A stretch of DNA of 64,000 bases, taken from positions 69,192,001 to 69,256,000 of the forward strand of contig OZ076410.1 of assembly GCA_964187785.1 (NCBI GenBank). The letters run 5' to 3'. The DNA comes from Amphiscolops sp. MND2022. Its lineage: Eukaryota. Both the position numbers and the translations under genes were made by a program. Numbering within the stretch: the stretch's first letter is position 1; every line of letters starts with the position of its first letter. Positions 61,005 to 64,000 of the stretch are shown here, in pieces. The notes beneath the pieces were generated by a model. It did not search any database and was not told the DNA's origin. It saw nothing but the letters and a program-made list of their open reading frames with translations.

Positions 61005-63657
61005 GTGCCATTTCTTCATCCTTCTTTTCCTTATTCCCTCATTCTCCTGGCAAGGCTACCATGTAGTCGCCGAGTAGGAGAAAACCCCGAGAGCTGTTGG
61101 TTTCAAGAAAGCAAAGGACTAGTTGGGGGTACAAGTCGCCAACAGGGAAAGTCTGATCAGAAGGATTTTTTTGTGAAGCTGGTCAGGCGAACAACGAAAC
61201 TGATCTTCCAATTTTTAATCGAGACTTCAATTTTGGTTTGGAAGCGTATCCACTTCCAGTTTTAGTTTTAGGGTTACTTCCGTTATTTCAAGATCTCGTT
61301 CAACCGCGTCCGGTTTCAGTAATCTTTTAGGACGGTTTCACCATTTTCATTCACTCTCTTTCTATTGATAGCAAATCGGTTTGTTTCAGTTGAAATTGGG
61401 TAACTGCTTAAGCACCTGGGCGATCCCTGAGCGAGGTGTACACTCTTCTTGAAGTTTTAACTGCGGACCCTCAGGATCCCCCAATTACTGAACAACCTCC
61501 GACAGCTACCAACACATAAGATAATGACGGTATTGTCCGAGAAGTCGCGGATGATTTGAACATTTCGTCTTCCCCTACTTGGCTCGTAAATGATGATAGT
61601 GTTAATTTTGATGAAGCTGAGAGAAGCGAAGAACACATAAAAGAGAGAGGTACGACTTCTGCATTTTTTAGCGAACAAAAAGGCTCTATTCAGCTGCCGG
61701 ATTTTTCTTCCATGATGTTTACATGCCCGGAACCTCCAACTTCGTGATCGATAGCACCGCGACGCTTACTGAAACTTCTCGGACTACCTCGCCAAAATTC
61801 GCTCCTTTCCTGCTGTGAGACATTGGCAATTCTGATTCCAAAAGTCCTCCATCCATGATAGCACGTGAAATCCTCTCCAATTAAACGATGCCAACGATAC
61901 TACTGCGCCCCAAACAAGTGGTATGGAGGTCGATATGGATCCTGTCGAACCCTCCAAAAGCATTGTAGTGACGGATCAGCAGATTGTAACCCTCACCAGT
62001 GCGGTGCGTTAGGAAGAATCCCAAATTCTCCAAACGAGGCTCTCGGGGGGAAAGCCAGGGACATCCGAGTGGATGTAATTGAGGATCCACTGCAATCCCC
62101 AACGCAGCAGTTACAAGCAAGCAAATCTGCATCTGAAATTGGCCAAATAAAAGGAGAAACCTGATTGCAATCGTGTGACGAAGATACTCCAGCCCAAAAA
62201 GAAAACGTCAAAGACCGAATCACGTCTTAATTTCCAGCATGCTGAGGAAGCACCCTGTAATAAAGTTCTTTGCAATCGGCCCATTAGATCGACATAGGAA
62301 TCCCTACAAGTGGTGGTGTCGCGTCTTTCGCGTCGAGCCTCACTAATGAGCAGGGGAGTTCTCGAATTACTCTCGCACTACCGTACAGAGTCACATCGTA
62401 TCACGGAGCACAAAGTCAGACTCGAAATTCTTGGAATGTCTCTTTATGATTGCTATGAGAATGAACTTAGTGGGATGAAATTACAGGAAGCAAATCGGGT
62501 TGCAAAAGAAACGCACCCAATCGCACCTCAACTCGATGTCTGTCGGCTTTTGGTTGGCCAGGACAAACTTACAGATATCAGCTCAACCTCTAGCCCAAGT
62601 GAAGACTTCTTGCAAAATTTGGGATTATTGAACATGGCTTGAAATTCGGCGCTCATATCACAGTCTCATTGGAAATTGGAACGAAATGATTACATTTTCA
62701 CCATCAAGTGGAGAGCATTCACTCTACTGCTGGAGTAAGCAACGTGTTTTTGTAAGTCCATTTGCTAATTCCTAAAATTGTTTCCAGTGGAGTTGTGAGT
62801 TGATTTTTTTATCGTTTTCTTTCCTTTTTAGGCTATGATCGTCTACATGTTGAGAGAGTTGCTCAACTACACCGTTACAGCGATCTCTACTTCTGAGGTA
62901 AAATCATTGTCTTTCCAATGCTCACACTTCTACAAGAGAATTCGTAGATTATTGGCTTGGAAACGTTTATCATCAAGATTGTCTTCTCAGCATTACTTCT
63001 TTCTTGAGTTTGTTCGATAAGTCTCCCTCTTGTGTTTGCCTGTTGAATAGGACTGAACTTCTTGATACATGTTTGGTAATTAGTTGCCTGGCAATTACCG
63101 CCCAAGTGTTACCAGCAGTTTCGGGCCTAAAGAGCTTGAAGGTTGTCTTTCGTTACCCACTTCAAAAAAAAAAACTCGAGCGACATGACTTTCGCTCTGT
63201 TCTTGATTATATACTCATGAAGCTCCGTAAGGCACTAGACAGCGAATGGTTACAATCACTTCCAGTTATGCACGAGGTATATCTTTGCGTTTTCTAGTTC
63301 CATTAAAAAAGGGATCACTTTTCAGCGCACTTCCGTTCGGTTTGTTTCTAGTGCGTGATTAACCTCTCACACACCCTCTCTGAAGCTTCGGAAATAATCG
63401 GATCTCTGTCCGCCCATTGGGAAATGGTATCGGAACACCTGATACGAGTATGCAAATTGCCAGCATGCAGGTTCCACATGAGGGATGTAGATTCTGTTAT
63501 TATGAATTGTATTTTTTGTTATTTCGTAGCTCAACGACTTTTTTTCCTTTTTAGCCCAACGTATTGGACGAGTTTTTTCGGCTCGATACAGCCTACCTGG
63601 CGAGGCTCTTCATCATTCGCTGTATCTTTGATCATAATTGAACATTTCCTCTTATAG
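61005..63657 (+). pseudogene. E3 antisense spliced gene homolog with BED-like finger
   Basis: KFFAIGPLDRHRNPYKWWCRVFRVE/LSLMSRGVLELLSHYRTESH aligns with E1 RAFVSGPLDPRWNPYKFYCQICKGNISIYGRGVKDISRHYSTERH. Conserved intron at 62752-62831. Boundaries approximate. Confidence 0.75.
62752..62831 (+). other. Phase-0 intron (80 bp) in the E3 antisense gene, same position as in E1 and E2
   Basis: GTAAGT after YCWSKQRVF; long pyrimidine tract ttttctttcctttttAG before AMIVYMLREL. Confidence 0.8.
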
Positions 63658-64000
63658 TTTCCTCAGCTATTTACTAATAGGTGTTTTCTGTCCAACCGAA
63701 TTCCCTTTTCTTCTTTAAACTCATTTGATCGGGAATTTTTCACCCAAAACTCGGCTCAAGAGAATAATTTAAGAATTACGTGTCCCACGTGTGAACTTTC
63801 CGGTTGTCAGCCAAATCGAGGGCCTCTGTTTCTTCATTTCAGTTTACAAGTAGTGACGCATAGCCCACATTCATATTTCTGCGTAGTGACGAGTAGTTGT
63901 GCAGCTGGATTACACACTAACACGTAACCTTCGTCGTTGTTACAGCACTATGGCGTGTGACAAAATGTCTCAGAAACAGCATATTAACGTATATACGTCA

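Larger units (their letters stand above)
57809..64000 (-). mobile_element. E3: 3' part of a third Gypsy element on the minus strand (gag-pol expected beyond the window end)
   Basis: LTR end GATTATCACA at 57809, with an LTR-encoded gag N-terminus related to LTR-B (FYPLRTSKMKNLKHSAKPLYQNESDVDVTILS). A homolog of the antisense gene lies on + at ~61000-63660. Architecture mirrors E1. Confidence 0.7.

Noticed and set aside
1-64000. tRNA, rRNA or other structured RNA genes
   Set aside because: No cloverleaf, A/B-box or rRNA-like conserved sequence recognised; only PBS-like tRNA-complementary stubs.

Overview
AT-rich eukaryotic (metazoan-type) genomic DNA, almost entirely transposon-derived. I found no rRNA, tRNA or CRISPR array. 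A host gene on + (signal peptide + PAN/apple-like domain + GON/fibrinogen-like domain) has exons at 182-379, 889-1069 and from 45023; its second intron (~44 kb) is filled by a chain of same-strand Ty3/Gypsy LTR retrotransposons. These are element E1 (1234-24263), an array of three LTRs of a second family (24658-29543) and element E2 (29751-44648, with a MITE in its 3' LTR). Downstream lie a decayed ~10.5 kb Polinton/Maverick (45760-56210), a probable piggyBac-like remnant and the 3' half of a third Gypsy element E3 on the minus strand (57809 to window end). The most striking signal is that all three Gypsy families, with unrelated LTRs, carry behind pol a large ANTISENSE spliced gene (BED-like zinc finger in E1/E3 plus a putative degenerate hAT-transposase-like body). 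A phase-0 GT-AG intron sits at the identical codon position in all three. The LTRs are ~1.5-1.8 kb and contain the first ~120-200 codons of gag. All TE ORFs are broken by stops and frameshifts. Domain names come from manual motif recognition, not database searches, and identity figures are estimates by eye.
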